A stretch of 64,000 nucleotides of DNA, from NCBI GenBank assembly GCA_963745035.1, contig CAVUVW010000013.1, forward strand, positions 64,001 to 128,000. The letters run 5' to 3'. This stretch comes from an uncultured delta proteobacterium. GTDB taxonomy: Bacteria > Desulfobacterota > Binatia > UBA9968. Within the stretch, counting starts at the first letter, position 1; every line of letters starts with the position of its first letter. The translations under genes and the position numbers were made by a program. The notes beneath the pieces are model-generated. The model saw nothing but the letters and a program-made list of their open reading frames with translations. It searched no databases and was not told the DNA's origin. Positions 1 to 11,010 of this stretch are shown here, in pieces.

Positions 1-2150
1 TGGGGCGTTTCGACCGTGATCGAATGAAAATTCAGCGGATGATCTTCCATGGACGGCAGCATGTACTCCAAAAAACTGCTGTTGATCGGCTGGCCGTTGT
101 CATAGACCATCTCTTCAAAAAGCGCCGATCCCATACCGGACAACATCGAACCTTCGTTTTGCAGTTCGCATTGTTTGGGATGAATCGCCTTGCCCGCGTC
201 CGCCGTTGCCACGATGCGCAAAATCCGCACTTTGCCGGTCTCACTATCGACTTCAACTTCAACACCGCAGGCCGAGAAGAACCAGAATGCCGCGGCCTTC
301 CCTTTTCCGGTCTTCGGGTTCAACCCGCCTTCGGTCTTAAAACAATGGCCGCCAAACATGCTGCCCACGGATGATCCGAAGCGTGCCTTGAAAATCTCCG
401 TGATCGATAACCGTTTATCGGGTACGCCGCGCACCCACACGGCGCCATCGCGCAATTCCAAATCCTCGACGCGCGCTTCGAGTTTCTTCGCGCCGACTTC
501 GAGCAACTGGTTTTTGATCTCGCGGGCCGCCTTCTGCGCCGCTTGCCCCATATGAAAGGTCGTGCGGCTCGAGCTCGACGACTTATCGTAGGGCGTAAGA
601 TCGGTATCCGGGAAGCTCACGGAGACTTTTTCAAAGGGCAATCCCAACTCGTCGCCGACGATCTGCGCCAGCGAAGTCAACGCCCCTTGGCCCATGTCGA
701 CGCTGCTGGTGAGAAGAATAGCCGAACCATCGGCGTTAAGACGCACGTTAGCCGAAGAAGTCGTCGGCGTGGTCGTGCTTTTAATCGTGACCGCAAGCCC
801 TTTGCCGCGGACCACGTTTTGTCCGGCCGGCGGCGGTCGACTGTTCTTCCTTGCCGTTCCATCCGATAGCGCGGGCGGTGCGCTCCAAGCACTCGGTGAT
901 GCCTACGGAAACCAGTTTTTCGCCGGTGACAAATACATCCCCCTCTTTCACAAGATGTCGCAGACGCAATTCGCAACGGATCGATGCCGAGCCGGCGCGC
1001 GATATCGTCCATCTCCGACTCATAAGCCCAACACACATGCGAAACGCCGACGCCGCGAAACGGACCGGTCGGCGGCAAATTGGTGTAGACGGAATAGGTC
1101 GACAAACTTCGGTTGGGAATATTGTAAGGTCCGCTCGATACATAACAGCCGGTTTTAGCGTTGACCGGCCCATTGAGCGCGTAGGCGCCGATTTCATAAA
1201 AAGACTCGACCTTGCGCGCCACGATGGTGCCGTCTCTTTTAACTCCGGTTTTGATTTTCACCACCGCGCCGTACCGTCTGCCGGTGAGAAAGACCTCGTC
1301 GCGGGTCAACACCCACTGCACGGGACGGCGCGCTTTGCGCGCCAGCAATGCAAGTGGCGGCTCCAGCCGCGCATGGGTCTTGCCGCCATAACCGCCGCCG
1401 AGCGGTGGAACGATGACGCGCACCTGATTTTCCGGCAATTTGAAGATCTGCGCCAGTTGCTCTTGCACGCCGGAGGGGTTTTGCGTCGCGGAATGAATGA
1501 CCAACTTGCCGCCCGGCTCCCAGTAGGCCGTGGCGGCATGGGGTTCTATATGGCCGTGCTGCACCGGCGGTAGCGTGTAGGTATTTTCAAAAATCTCTTC
1601 CGCTTCTTGAAATCCTTTTTCGATGTTGCCGTCTTCCACCCGAAATACACTGCAAACATTGCCGCCCAACTCGAAATTGAATTCCTCGCGGTGCACGCCC
1701 GCGTTGGTCTCGTTGCGCTGCGCATGCAGCACCGGCGCGCCGGGCTTGGCGGCTTCGAGAAGATCGAACACCGCCGGTAACTCTTCGTAATCGACTTCGA
1801 TCAGATCCAAAGCCTCTTCCGCAATCTCCCGGCTCTTCGCCGCTACGAGCGCGACAACTTCACCGACATGACGCACTCGATCGGTAGCGACGACCGGTTG
1901 ATCATCGACCACAGGGCCGAAATAAGGATTCAAGCCGGCCAAATCGTCGCGCGTGACAACGGCTACGACACCGGCAAGTTTTTCCGCCTTGCTTGCGTCG
2001 ACGCGCAGGAGTTTCGCGTGCGGGCAAGGGCTTCGCAGCGCCTTCGCGTAAAGCATGCTGCGGCAGAACAAGGTCCGGGGCATAGTTGATCGCTCCGGTG
2101 ACCTTGGCCAACCCGCCCACCATCGTGACATCCGTACCGACCAGAGACAT
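1..2150 (-). CDS. Xanthine dehydrogenase/CoxL-family molybdopterin-binding large subunit; runs off the left edge; frameshifted
   Basis: N-terminus MSLVGTDVTMVGGLAKVTGAINYAPDL, then motifs SPCPHAK, GGGYGGK and GPFRGVG across ORFs 1902..2210 and 677..2131; frame breaks near 2070 and 965. Confidence 0.88.
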
Positions 2151-2172
2151 CTTTATGGTTCCCTTCTTAGTG

Positions 2173-3020
2173 TTACGCCGCAGCGCCGAGCGCCCGGCGC
2201 ACCAGCACATGGACCAAGTGGCGCTTGTAATCCAGCAGTTCCACGCAAGTCGTCGATCGGCTCGACCCGAGAGCTCGCGTCCGACGCGATCCGCTCGATC
2301 AACTCAGGTGTGAGTTTCTCACCCCGCGCCATCGATTCGGCTTTTTCTAAACGCACCGGTTTCGGCGATACCGCGCCGACCACGAGGCGAAGTTCAGCGC
2401 AAACGCCTTTCTCCATAGTCGTCAATGCGGCAACACCGACGCACGGCCGCTCTTCGGAAGAACCGGTGGTAAACTTGGTGTAAGTTCCACGTAGACGATC
2501 GGCCGGCGGGACGATCAACGCCGAAACCAATTCACCCGGTTCCAGAGCGGTCTCGTAACTGCCTTTCAAAAAATCGGACAATTTCATCCGCCGGGTTCCC
2601 GCGCGGCTCAATAAGTTCGACCACGGCGTCCAGCGCCACCAGCACCGTGGGCGGATCGGATTGATAATCGCCATGCGCCAGATTGCCGCCGATGGTGGCC
2701 ATGTTGCGAATGCGGATGTTCGCCACCACATGGCACGCGTCGGCGAGCACCGGATAATGTTGCCGCACCAACGGCGACGCCTCGATATCGTAGATCGCCG
2801 CCAGCGCGCCGACGCGCAATCCTGTTTGCGCGTCATAGCTGATATCGCTCGCGGCTTTGATTTTTTTTAAATTGACGAGCGTCTTTGGGACAAAGATGCC
2901 GTGCTTGATCAAGGTCAAAAGCGCCGTACCGCCGGCGATAACTTTAGCTTCCTCGTTGTCACTGAGAAGCGCGCAAGCCTCTTTGAGAGTGCTGGGCTCC
3001 ACTAGCTCGAAATGTCGCAT
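2173..3020 (-). CDS. Xanthine dehydrogenase/CoxM-family FAD-binding subunit; frameshifted
   Basis: IAGGTAL and IRNMATIGGNLAHGD FAD-binding motifs; C-terminal PIDDLRG...YKRHLV in shifted frames. Confidence 0.88.
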
Positions 3021-3033
3021 ATAACTTGATCCT

Positions 3034-3861
3034 TTAGCGCCAAGAATGAACCGGCTGCCAGCCGAGCAATTTTTTTGCGCGGGCGTTGGAATACGCGCCT
3101 TTGCTGCCGGTTAGATTGCGCGCTTTGTCGCCGATGGCCGGCATGATTCGCGGATATAGATCGCAGAGCGGTTCAGCCACCGTGCTGTCGTCGGCGACGA
3201 CAAATAAAATAGTGCCGCTCGGAATCGGGCGCTCGACCGCCAGCCGAAAAGCAACGGCCAAATCGCGCGCGTCGATATAACTGTAGGCATAAAAACCCGT
3301 TGGTTTGCGCCCGCCGTCTTTTTTTATCTTTTCGAGCTCTTCCGGCGTGACCACGCCGCTTGGCCGCAGCATCACGGTTTCCAGACCTTTGCGCGCGTAG
3401 GAGCGCGCGATGGTTTCGCCGATCTCTTTGGATAGACCGTAGACGTCTTCGGGCCGCAGCGGATGGTCTTCATCGATCGGCAGATAGTCGGGCAGGAAGC
3501 GCTCGCTGTAGCTCCAGCCGACGATGGCATTGCTGCTGGCCGAGACCACCCGCTTGACGCCGAGACGGAAAGCGGCGTGATGGACGTTGAACGTGCCGAC
3601 GACGTTGGTCTGATAAGTCACCGTGGTGGTGGCGATGTTCGGATTATGGATCGCCGCGAGATGGATGACCGCTTCGGCGCCGGCCATGGCTTCCATGACT
3701 TGGCCGAGATCCTGGATGTCTCCAAGCAAATATTTGACCGGGCCGCGCTCCGGCCCCGGCGTGCGATCGAGGACGGTGATTTCGTAAGCGGGGTTATTCA
3801 GCAGCTCGCGAACGATCCCTTGGCCGACTTTGCCGGCTCCGCCGGTGATAAGAAGCTTCAT
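3034..3861 (-). CDS. NAD-dependent epimerase/dehydratase (extended SDR)
   Basis: ITGGAGKVG Rossmann motif, HLAA, catalytic YGLSK. Confidence 0.9.
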   Translation of the reverse strand: MKLLITGGAGKVGQGIVRELLNNPAYEITVLDRTPGPERGPVKYLLGDIQDLGQVMEAMAGAEAVIHLAAIHNPNIATTTVTYQTNVVGTFNVHHAAFRLGVKRVVSASSNAIVGWSYSERFLPDYLPIDEDHPLRPEDVYGLSKEIGETIARSYARKGLETVMLRPSGVVTPEELEKIKKDGGRKPTGFYAYSYIDARDLAVAFRLAVERPIPSGTILFVVADDSTVAEPLCDLYPRIMPAIGDKARNLTGSKGAYSNARAKKLLGWQPVHSWR

Positions 3862-3912
3862 GGAAATATCTAACAAGCAGCTGAAAATGGGTCGCGGTTC
3901 ACTTGAAAACCA

Positions 3913-4942
3913 TCACAAGCTGTAGAGCGCCTTGGCGTTGCCGCCGACGATTTTTTCGGCAACGGATGAACTGAACTTAGAGTTTTGCAGAACGCCGTCG
4001 AGAGCTCTGAGCTCGGACGCGCTGTCGGCGTGGCCGTAATCCGTGCCGATCACCAGGTTGTCTTCTCCAGCGATTTCCATGATGTACGGAAGGTCGTCGC
4101 TGCTCTCGCAGCCGACATAAAATCGACTTTGACGCAGCAGCTCTTTCGCATTCAGCTCTCGACCTTGCAGCTTGTAGCGTTTGCCCAGATCATTGAGCAC
4201 GTAAGGGAGCCACTGCGCGCCGGCTTCGAGAAAAGCGACTTTGAGTTTTGGAAAACGCTCCGGAATCCCATCCATGATCATGTTGTGGAACGCGCCGACG
4301 ATCACCAATTTGAATTTCGAAAAGCCGATGGTCTCGTAACGAAAATAATCGTACAACCCGGAGCTACCGGTGCCCGAATGAATGCAGATCGGAAGATCCA
4401 AACGGCTCGCGGCATCGTAAAGTGGAAAGAAATAACTATCGCTTAGAAGTCTTTCGCACTCCGAGCCGCGCAGGAAAATACCGCAGGCGCCGTTCTCTTT
4501 GGCGAACTTTGCTTCCTCGAACACTTTGTCCATGCTCAACAGCGGCAATACAGCGGCCCAGCGCAGGCGCTCTTTCGCCTGTTTCCAGATGTCCGCCATC
4601 CAACGATTATAGCTGCGGCCCAAGGCCAGCTCGATTTCGGGCCGCGCCGTCAGCGGAATGATAAACATCGTCGGAAAAATCACCTGGACATCGACACCGA
4701 GCTCATCCATGTGTTTCAAGCGCGCACTCGGATCGCGCAACTCGCGCGATTCCATCGGCGTGTTTTTGCCGACATTGCGCGATTTCAGTCGCAGCGTGCC
4801 ATCGACCAGCCAATATTCATCATGCGGCGAACCGATCGGTGGAAACGACGACCTGGGGGCGAAATTTCCGATCAGCGCCTTCCATGTATTCCCAGGTTTT
4901 TTCGGTTTCTAGAACATGTGCGTCAGCGTCGATCCTTAGCAT
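3913..4942 (-). CDS. Amidohydrolase-2 family protein; 5' part frameshifted
   Basis: N-terminal MLRIDADAH read from 4942; ORF 3913..4755 has ICIH, FLEAG and GTDYGH. Confidence 0.85.
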
Positions 4943-5005
4943 GAGATAATCCTCGCTTTATAATCGTGGGTAATTCCTCGCCAGGACTCTGCCACGGCGC
5001 TTGCG

Positions 5006-6220
5006 CTACTCGTCCCAAAGCACATGGAGAGGCAAACCTATCGCCACCGGACACATCTGCCCCTTCACCGTCCGCCAAGTCTGCTTTACTGTAACCGGGG
5101 CATCCTTAATATCCATAAGCGTCACATGCGGGATTCGCAATGCGTCGAATATTGGTTCGGTCACCCACCTAGTGCAAGCATGGGAATCTCGAGACTCTCC
5201 CAAGGCAAAATGGTGGGCGTATAATATGAGAGTTGCCATCCGTTGCTCGTGGGCAAGAACAGCAAGGACCAAGCTGCAAAGTCCCAGTCCTGAAGCTTCC
5301 ATAATAGTGACAGGGTTGCGACCGCCCATGAAAGCACCCATGGCTATAGCCAGGCCATCGTCTTCCCTTGTGACCGCGATACTCGTCACTTGGGGATCTT
5401 CACTTGCCAGTCGCTGTATTAGATAGTTCGCGCTATCTGGAACATAAACAATAAAGTCTATCCCTGCTTCACGCAAACTTAAGTAGATAATTCGAGCCTT
5501 CTCAAGCGACGCTCGCGACCCGGTTTCCGGTTCCACGCGGATATCAGGAATAGAAATAAGGGACCTCCCCGCGCGGTTATCCACGGGCGCCGATTTTCCC
5601 CGGGACATGCCCGCATGCTCCGGACTGAGCCAACCGCGATTAATCAGCGCCCGGCGAAACGTTATTGCCTGCTCGATCGTGGTAAGCGTCTTGGAGGTCA
5701 TTTGTGGCATCGGGTCTTTATCCACCTTCGCAACGATGTAGCGTAGACCGTCCTTGGACAGCGCTTCTGTAATGGCGTTTTCAAACTCGGCCATCGTATT
5801 GACCGTGCAAGTGTTTCGAAAACCGGAAGCACGCGCGAGTCCTTCAAGGTCAGTGCATCCCGCCGTTGGGGTAGGGAACGGTCCGTGATGCTTGCGGGTC
5901 GACGTTGTTCCGGGTGAAAGATATGCACCGTTATCCCACACCACCTGGACAAGATTTGCCGGCGCCGTATTGGCGACCACGGGCAGAGCCGTCATTCCCG
6001 AAAGCGCCGAACCATCGCCGTCCATCACAACCACTTTCTGTTTGGGAAGGGCCATTGCCAAACCTAAACCCATCGACGTGGGATAAGGAATCGGCGAGTA
6101 GAGGTTCAGCTCGCTGGGGTTTACCGTGCGTATCTCTTCGTTCATTCCGCCTGCGCCGTTGACGACGACTGCCTCGCCCCGCACCTTTTTGAAGATTTGC
6201 AAGGCTTCCCATCTTTTCAT
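5006..6220 (-). CDS. ThDP-dependent decarboxylase, sulfopyruvate/phosphonopyruvate decarboxylase-like, with the ComE-like (PP) domain N-terminal and the ComD-like (PYR) domain C-terminal
   Basis: N-half has the DGDGS...WDNG ThDP/Mg motif; C-half has GIDFIVYVPDS...TREDDGLAIAMGAFMGG...SGLG, typical of ComD. Confidence 0.8.
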   Translation of the reverse strand: MKRWEALQIFKKVRGEAVVVNGAGGMNEEIRTVNPSELNLYSPIPYPTSMGLGLAMALPKQKVVVMDGDGSALSGMTALPVVANTAPANLVQVVWDNGAYLSPGTTSTRKHHGPFPTPTAGCTDLEGLARASGFRNTCTVNTMAEFENAITEALSKDGLRYIVAKVDKDPMPQMTSKTLTTIEQAITFRRALINRGWLSPEHAGMSRGKSAPVDNRAGRSLISIPDIRVEPETGSRASLEKARIIYLSLREAGIDFIVYVPDSANYLIQRLASEDPQVTSIAVTREDDGLAIAMGAFMGGRNPVTIMEASGLGLCSLVLAVLAHEQRMATLILYAHHFALGESRDSHACTRWVTEPIFDALRIPHVTLMDIKDAPVTVKQTWRTVKGQMCPVAIGLPLHVLWDE

Positions 6221-6323
6221 AGCTGCACTCCCCCTGACGAATACGCCATACGCATCTTTGAAGAAATCAGATCAACTCTGATCCCGTGGCCTGCCTTTCT
6301 CAAACTGCGGGAAAAGCGTCGGA

Positions 6324-7280
6324 CTATTTAGCCTGCGCCGTTTTCAAATTTGACAGATCGAAGAGATCGGATAGCCGGACCGGCGGCGGATTGGCGGCGC
6401 CTTGTCGCGCGCTATCGTACGCCGCTCGCACATCTTCCTCCGAGAGCGATCCGTCGCTACTGAATACGTCAAGGCTCCTTTTGTAGAGCCATTCAAACTG
6501 TTCGGGCTTGATCCTCATCGTACGAATAAAAAGCGGCTTGATTCTTTCTTTGTCGTCTTTGAAATCAGCAAGCGCGCGAAGGACAACCTTGGTTACCTTA
6601 CTTACCTCTTCACGGTTTTTCTGGATCCTTACGGTAGATGTCCCCAAACCCGTAAGTGTCTGCCGAGTGAGATGTCCGGTAGCGATGAGGACTTTCATTC
6701 CCTGTTCGACTGCGGCGAGGGTTTCCACTCCATTAAGAATGGTGGCGTCGACCCGACCCGAAAGAAGCGCCACCAACCTGAAATCGCCCGCGCCCACGGG
6801 AATAACCTTAACATCTCGAAGGGAATCCAAGCCGAGATGTTTCAAACCTACGCGAAGATCGGAATCGACGGCAGAGCCGAACCGTGTAACGGCAACGATT
6901 TTTCCCTTCAAATCGTTCGCGCTTTTAATCCCCGGATTAACAACGATGCTGTAGTCCGATCCATTGAAGAAACTTGCCAGAATCTTTACAGGAAACCCAA
7001 CAGCTGCCGCCCTGGCAATACTGGTTGTGCTAGTGGCGTAGCTCACGTCACCAGTTACGAGCGCCTTCACCGACAAGTCAGAATTCATACTTACTAATTG
7101 TTCGGCGAAGCCCTCGGCTTTGAAATACCCAAACTCCTTAGCAATTATAAGCGGAAAAATATTGATGCTTCGGAGGTTCGTGACTCCGATAACAACCTTC
7201 TTTTGCTCTTGCCCTAGAAGAGGATCGCTAAATAAGATAACGGCGAGTGACAAAACTACGATAGATTTCACGAAGGACAT
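6324..7280 (-). CDS. ABC substrate-binding protein, SsuA/NMT1/THI5-like (start uncertain)
   Basis: Signal-like N-terminus; AKEFGYFKAEG, DLKGKIVAVTRFGS and ALLSGRVDA. Confidence 0.85.
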   Translation of the reverse strand: MSFVKSIVVLSLAVILFSDPLLGQEQKKVVIGVTNLRSINIFPLIIAKEFGYFKAEGFAEQLVSMNSDLSVKALVTGDVSYATSTTSIARAAAVGFPVKILASFFNGSDYSIVVNPGIKSANDLKGKIVAVTRFGSAVDSDLRVGLKHLGLDSLRDVKVIPVGAGDFRLVALLSGRVDATILNGVETLAAVEQGMKVLIATGHLTRQTLTGLGTSTVRIQKNREEVSKVTKVVLRALADFKDDKERIKPLFIRTMRIKPEQFEWLYKRSLDVFSSDGSLSEEDVRAAYDSARQGAANPPPVRLSDLFDLSNLKTAQAK

Positions 7281-7477
7281 AAAGATAAGACACAGGTTTG
7301 TTGTCACGAACATTAAATTTCTATACAAGCTCCACACCAAGACATGTTTGCCACCAGGCTGTTTCCAAAATATTTTCATGATAACTCGAATGGACCAAAG
7401 GATCGCATATTGCGGAGATATGTCGACACCATTCCAAAGTGTCTCAAAATCACGGGAGCCCTACGTACCGATGGAAC

Positions 7478-8458
7478 TCACGGCCTCCAACCTTTCGCTT
7501 CGATTTCGGCAAGAAGTTTTTTCGTCAAGCCGTAATTGAAAACACGATCAAGCGAAGGGGGCTCTTTGATTGCCAGGCGCTCCACTGCCTGGCGATAAGC
7601 TTCTCTTTGCAAACTGTCGTCGACAACCCCTCCACGAGTAAATCCCGGCAGCGAGAGATCAAAGATTTTTTGAGCGTAATCCTCTTTGACTTTCAGCGTC
7701 TTGGCTACATAGGGAAGCGCACCGGCGCGGTTCTGTTACGTGTAGAGTTGTCCTTTGATGGTGGCGCGCAGAGACTTTTCGATTAGGGGTTGATCGCTAT
7801 TGATGAATGCTTCGCGTGCGCCGACACTGCCAGAAAGTAGAAAAACATCTTCTTTAAGATAAGAAATCAGCTCGCGCAAGCCGTTCTCGTCAGCGATGAA
7901 TTTTGACCCTTCGGAAAGCACGGCCGCGTCGACGTTTCCAGTCTTCAACGCCATGTAGCGGGCCTCCGGCGAGCCCAGCGCCAACATCGTAATCTCCCTG
8001 CCACCCTCGATGCCGCGCTTTTTCAAAACATCCCGTGTTAAGGTGTCACTTGCTGAGCCAATGCTGGAAACCGCGATCTTTCTGCCCTTGAGATCCGCAA
8101 CACTCTTGAATTTAGGGTCGGCGTAAAGCCACAACAAGGGCCGATAGTAGCTGCTAAAGAGAATTTGCAACCGCGCCCCACCGAGATAGGCTGAAAGCAC
8201 GGCGGGCTCACCGGTTGCCGCGAGCTCGACATTACCGGCAATAAGAGCGCGGAGCCCAATACCGCCGCCCATTACAACGAGCTGCACCTCCAAGTCTTCT
8301 TCCCGGTAATAACCGCGATCTTTGGCTATAAAGAACGGCAGGTATTGAAAACAATAACATGGAATCGCCACGTTGACGGTCCTTGCCTCCGTCGGATTTC
8401 TTAAAGCAGATAACGATAGGAGACATAGAGCACTAACTGATAGTAAACGCACGAGCAT
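7478..8458 (-). CDS. ABC substrate-binding protein, SsuA/NMT1-like; frameshift near 7740
   Basis: ORF 7736..8539 has DLKGRKIAVSSIGS; the C-terminus EPPSLDRVFNY...AKGWRP continues in another frame and matches the neighbouring paralogue. Confidence 0.8.
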
Positions 8459-8495
8459 TTTTCTTTTCTCCTTAGGCCACTCTATTTCCAGGACT

Positions 8496-9542
8496 TCACT
8501 GCGCCCGCCATCCCTTCGCCTGCAACTCGGCGAAAGCATTCTTCGTGATAGAATAATTGTAAATTCGATCCAAAGGAGGGGGCTCCTTCATGCCAAGCCG
8601 GTCGAGGACATATTCCAAAGCTTTTCTTTGTAACACGGCGTCCACGGTTCCGTCCTTGGTGGTCGCGGGAATCACGGTATCGTAGATCCGCGCCGCCTCA
8701 TCGGGCTTGGTTTTCAAAATCCTCGCGAGAATGGGAACGGACCCGGAGCGGTTATCACGATAGTAAAGAAATCCCTTCAGGCTCGCTCTGATAAATCTCT
8801 CGACCAAGCCGGGGTCGGTTTCGAGCAGCTTCTGATTCGTCACGATGCTGCCTAGGACGTCAACGAGGTCATCCTCTTTTATAAACGACGCGAGCTCGCG
8901 AAAACCAGCATCCCTGGCTGCGAACGCGCCTTCGATCGGCAGAACCGCCGCATCCAGAACGCCCGTTTTCAGAGCCGTTACCCGCGCAGAATTCGATCCG
9001 ACGGCCATCATCGTAACGTCCCGGCCGCGATCCAGACCGTATTTCTTAAAAAAGCTATGCAAGAGGACGTCAGGGCCGCTGCCGAAACTAGAAATACCGA
9101 GCCGCTTTCCTTTGAGCCCTTCAACAGATTGAATTTCCGGTTTGCTGTAGATCCAAAAGATCGGCCGGTTAAAAGAGGTAAATATGAACCGGAGGGGAAT
9201 TCCACGGAGAATCGGTACAAGTCCGGCACCTGCCGAAATCGCAAATTGAAGGTCGCCGCCGATCAGCGCCTGGACCACTCCGGCGCCTGTGATCACGACA
9301 AAATCCACGTCGAGTGCTTCTTGCTTGTAATAGCCCTGCTCCTTGGCAACAAAAAAACTTCCCATCAGAACAACCGACAAAGGAATGCCCAAATAAACTT
9401 TTTTCAGCGGCTGAGCCGGGGCAGCCGATACGTGCACGAGAACTAGCGGCAAGGCTAGAATAATGCCCAAGAGAGAGCGCTGCAAATTTTTCAATTTAAC
9501 GTCCGCCCGCCCCGAGTTGAATCCAAATGCAATCACTTCCAT
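8496..9542 (-). CDS. ABC substrate-binding protein, SsuA/NMT1-like
   Basis: AKEQGYYKQE, LKGKRLGISSFGS and EPPPLDRIYNY...AKGWR. Confidence 0.85.
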   Translation of the reverse strand: MEVIAFGFNSGRADVKLKNLQRSLLGIILALPLVLVHVSAAPAQPLKKVYLGIPLSVVLMGSFFVAKEQGYYKQEALDVDFVVITGAGVVQALIGGDLQFAISAGAGLVPILRGIPLRFIFTSFNRPIFWIYSKPEIQSVEGLKGKRLGISSFGSGPDVLLHSFFKKYGLDRGRDVTMMAVGSNSARVTALKTGVLDAAVLPIEGAFAARDAGFRELASFIKEDDLVDVLGSIVTNQKLLETDPGLVERFIRASLKGFLYYRDNRSGSVPILARILKTKPDEAARIYDTVIPATTKDGTVDAVLQRKALEYVLDRLGMKEPPPLDRIYNYSITKNAFAELQAKGWRAQ

Positions 9543-9587
9543 GTTCGTGAGCTCCGTTTTTGGTAAAAAGGCAAATTTCGCTGTCGA

Positions 9588-10970
9588 TCAGCCGCGCTGG
9601 CGTCTAGCAGAGACGCCGTAGCGTGCCCAGTCGGCAAGGACTTGTTGCCAAACGTCCTTGTGGGGCCAGCATTCCGTCGTCTGGTCATGCGTCTCATTTT
9701 TTGTAGCGTCAATAATGATCTTCGAAGTCGAGTGGTGATGGGTCGAGGGGTCAAGTCGGCTGCCGACCAAATTATGAAGAACTTGAATGTCACGATCAGG
9801 TTGGAAGCGAGTCGACAGTGCCCAGTTCACGTCGATGGGGTTACCGGGATCGAGGTCAGCATCAATGAGAATCAGAACTTTGATATGGCGACCGGCCCAG
9901 GTGCCCAACAATGCCAAAGCCATTTGGCGGGCGTAACCCTCGCTGCGATTTTCTAGGGAGGCAACCGCGGTGAGCCCGCCAGCATCATGGACGTGGATCT
10001 GTTTGAGCCCGGGCAGTGACACCGCTCGGCGCAACTCATGCTCAAACATCACGCTGTTGATAACGGCGCTATCATGGGGTGGGCGGCCCTCAAAAGACGC
10101 TAGCATGATCGGCTGATCGCGATAGGTAATGGTCGTGACTTCCATGATCGGCGACGGGCTTTGGCCGTCATAGTAGCCCAACCAATCACCAAACGGCCCC
10201 TCTGGCCGGGTTTCACCATCTGCTTTGATGTGCCCCTCTAAGACAATCTCGGCACTGGCCGGCACCTCCAATGGAATCGTCTCGCACGGCACCAGCTCTA
10301 CCGGCTCACCGCGCAATCCGCCGGCGAGAGCGAGCTCATCATAGTCGACCGGCAGGGGCGTCGCTGATGCGATGTGCACGGTGGGGTCGCAGCCCATCGC
10401 GATGGCTAAAGGAAACGGCTTGTCCTTTCCCGCCTTGGCCCAATGGCGAAAAAGATGCCGATAGGCTGAGCCGTGAATCCCGATCGTGTTTCGGCCGAAC
10501 ACCTGAGAGCGGTAGATTGCAGCGTTTCGTATGCCGGTTTCCGGATCTTTGCTGATGTCGCAGGGGAGAGTCAGAAATGGGCCTCCGTCCCGCTCGCTCC
10601 ACACAGGGATCGGCAAATCGTATAAGTTCACTTCCTTGCCCGAGATGACGTTTTCTTTGCAAGGCCCGTCTTTGACCATGACAGGGGCGATTTTTCTATC
10701 CATCCGTTTCGTCAGCTCGTCGGCCAGATTCTCCGGTGAAGTCTCCAAGGCCATGGCAAAGCGCGCGCGAGTTGCCACGATATTGGATATGAGCGGCATA
10801 CGCTGGCCCTTCACCCGATCAAAGCATAGGGCGGGCCCGCTGTCGTTAAGCGCCTTTCTGCAAACTGCAGCGAGTTCGTGCATCGGGTCGACTTCCACAG
10901 CAATGTGGGCCAATTCACCCGCTTCCTCCAGACGACTCAAAAATTCTCTCAGATCACGGTAAGCCATCAC
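9588..10970 (-). CDS. UbiD-family (prFMN-dependent) decarboxylase
   Basis: YRDLREFL start, ERDGGPFL, EIVLEG, EGPFGD, WALSTRFQPDRDI and KIIIDATK. Confidence 0.93.
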   Translation of the reverse strand: MMAYRDLREFLSRLEEAGELAHIAVEVDPMHELAAVCRKALNDSGPALCFDRVKGQRMPLISNIVATRARFAMALETSPENLADELTKRMDRKIAPVMVKDGPCKENVISGKEVNLYDLPIPVWSERDGGPFLTLPCDISKDPETGIRNAAIYRSQVFGRNTIGIHGSAYRHLFRHWAKAGKDKPFPLAIAMGCDPTVHIASATPLPVDYDELALAGGLRGEPVELVPCETIPLEVPASAEIVLEGHIKADGETRPEGPFGDWLGYYDGQSPSPIMEVTTITYRDQPIMLASFEGRPPHDSAVINSVMFEHELRRAVSLPGLKQIHVHDAGGLTAVASLENRSEGYARQMALALLGTWAGRHIKVLILIDADLDPGNPIDVNWALSTRFQPDRDIQVLHNLVGSRLDPSTHHHSTSKIIIDATKNETHDQTTECWPHKDVWQQVLADWARYGVSARRQRG

Positions 10971-11010
10971 TGTCTCCTAGCCATCTAAGGCGTGCCAAAG
11001 GTTTCATGGG

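Noticed and set aside
1-3020. Aerobic CO dehydrogenase (coxML)
   Set aside because: The active-site loop reads GPFRGVG, not the form I VAYRCSFR; this is a generic xanthine-dehydrogenase-family enzyme
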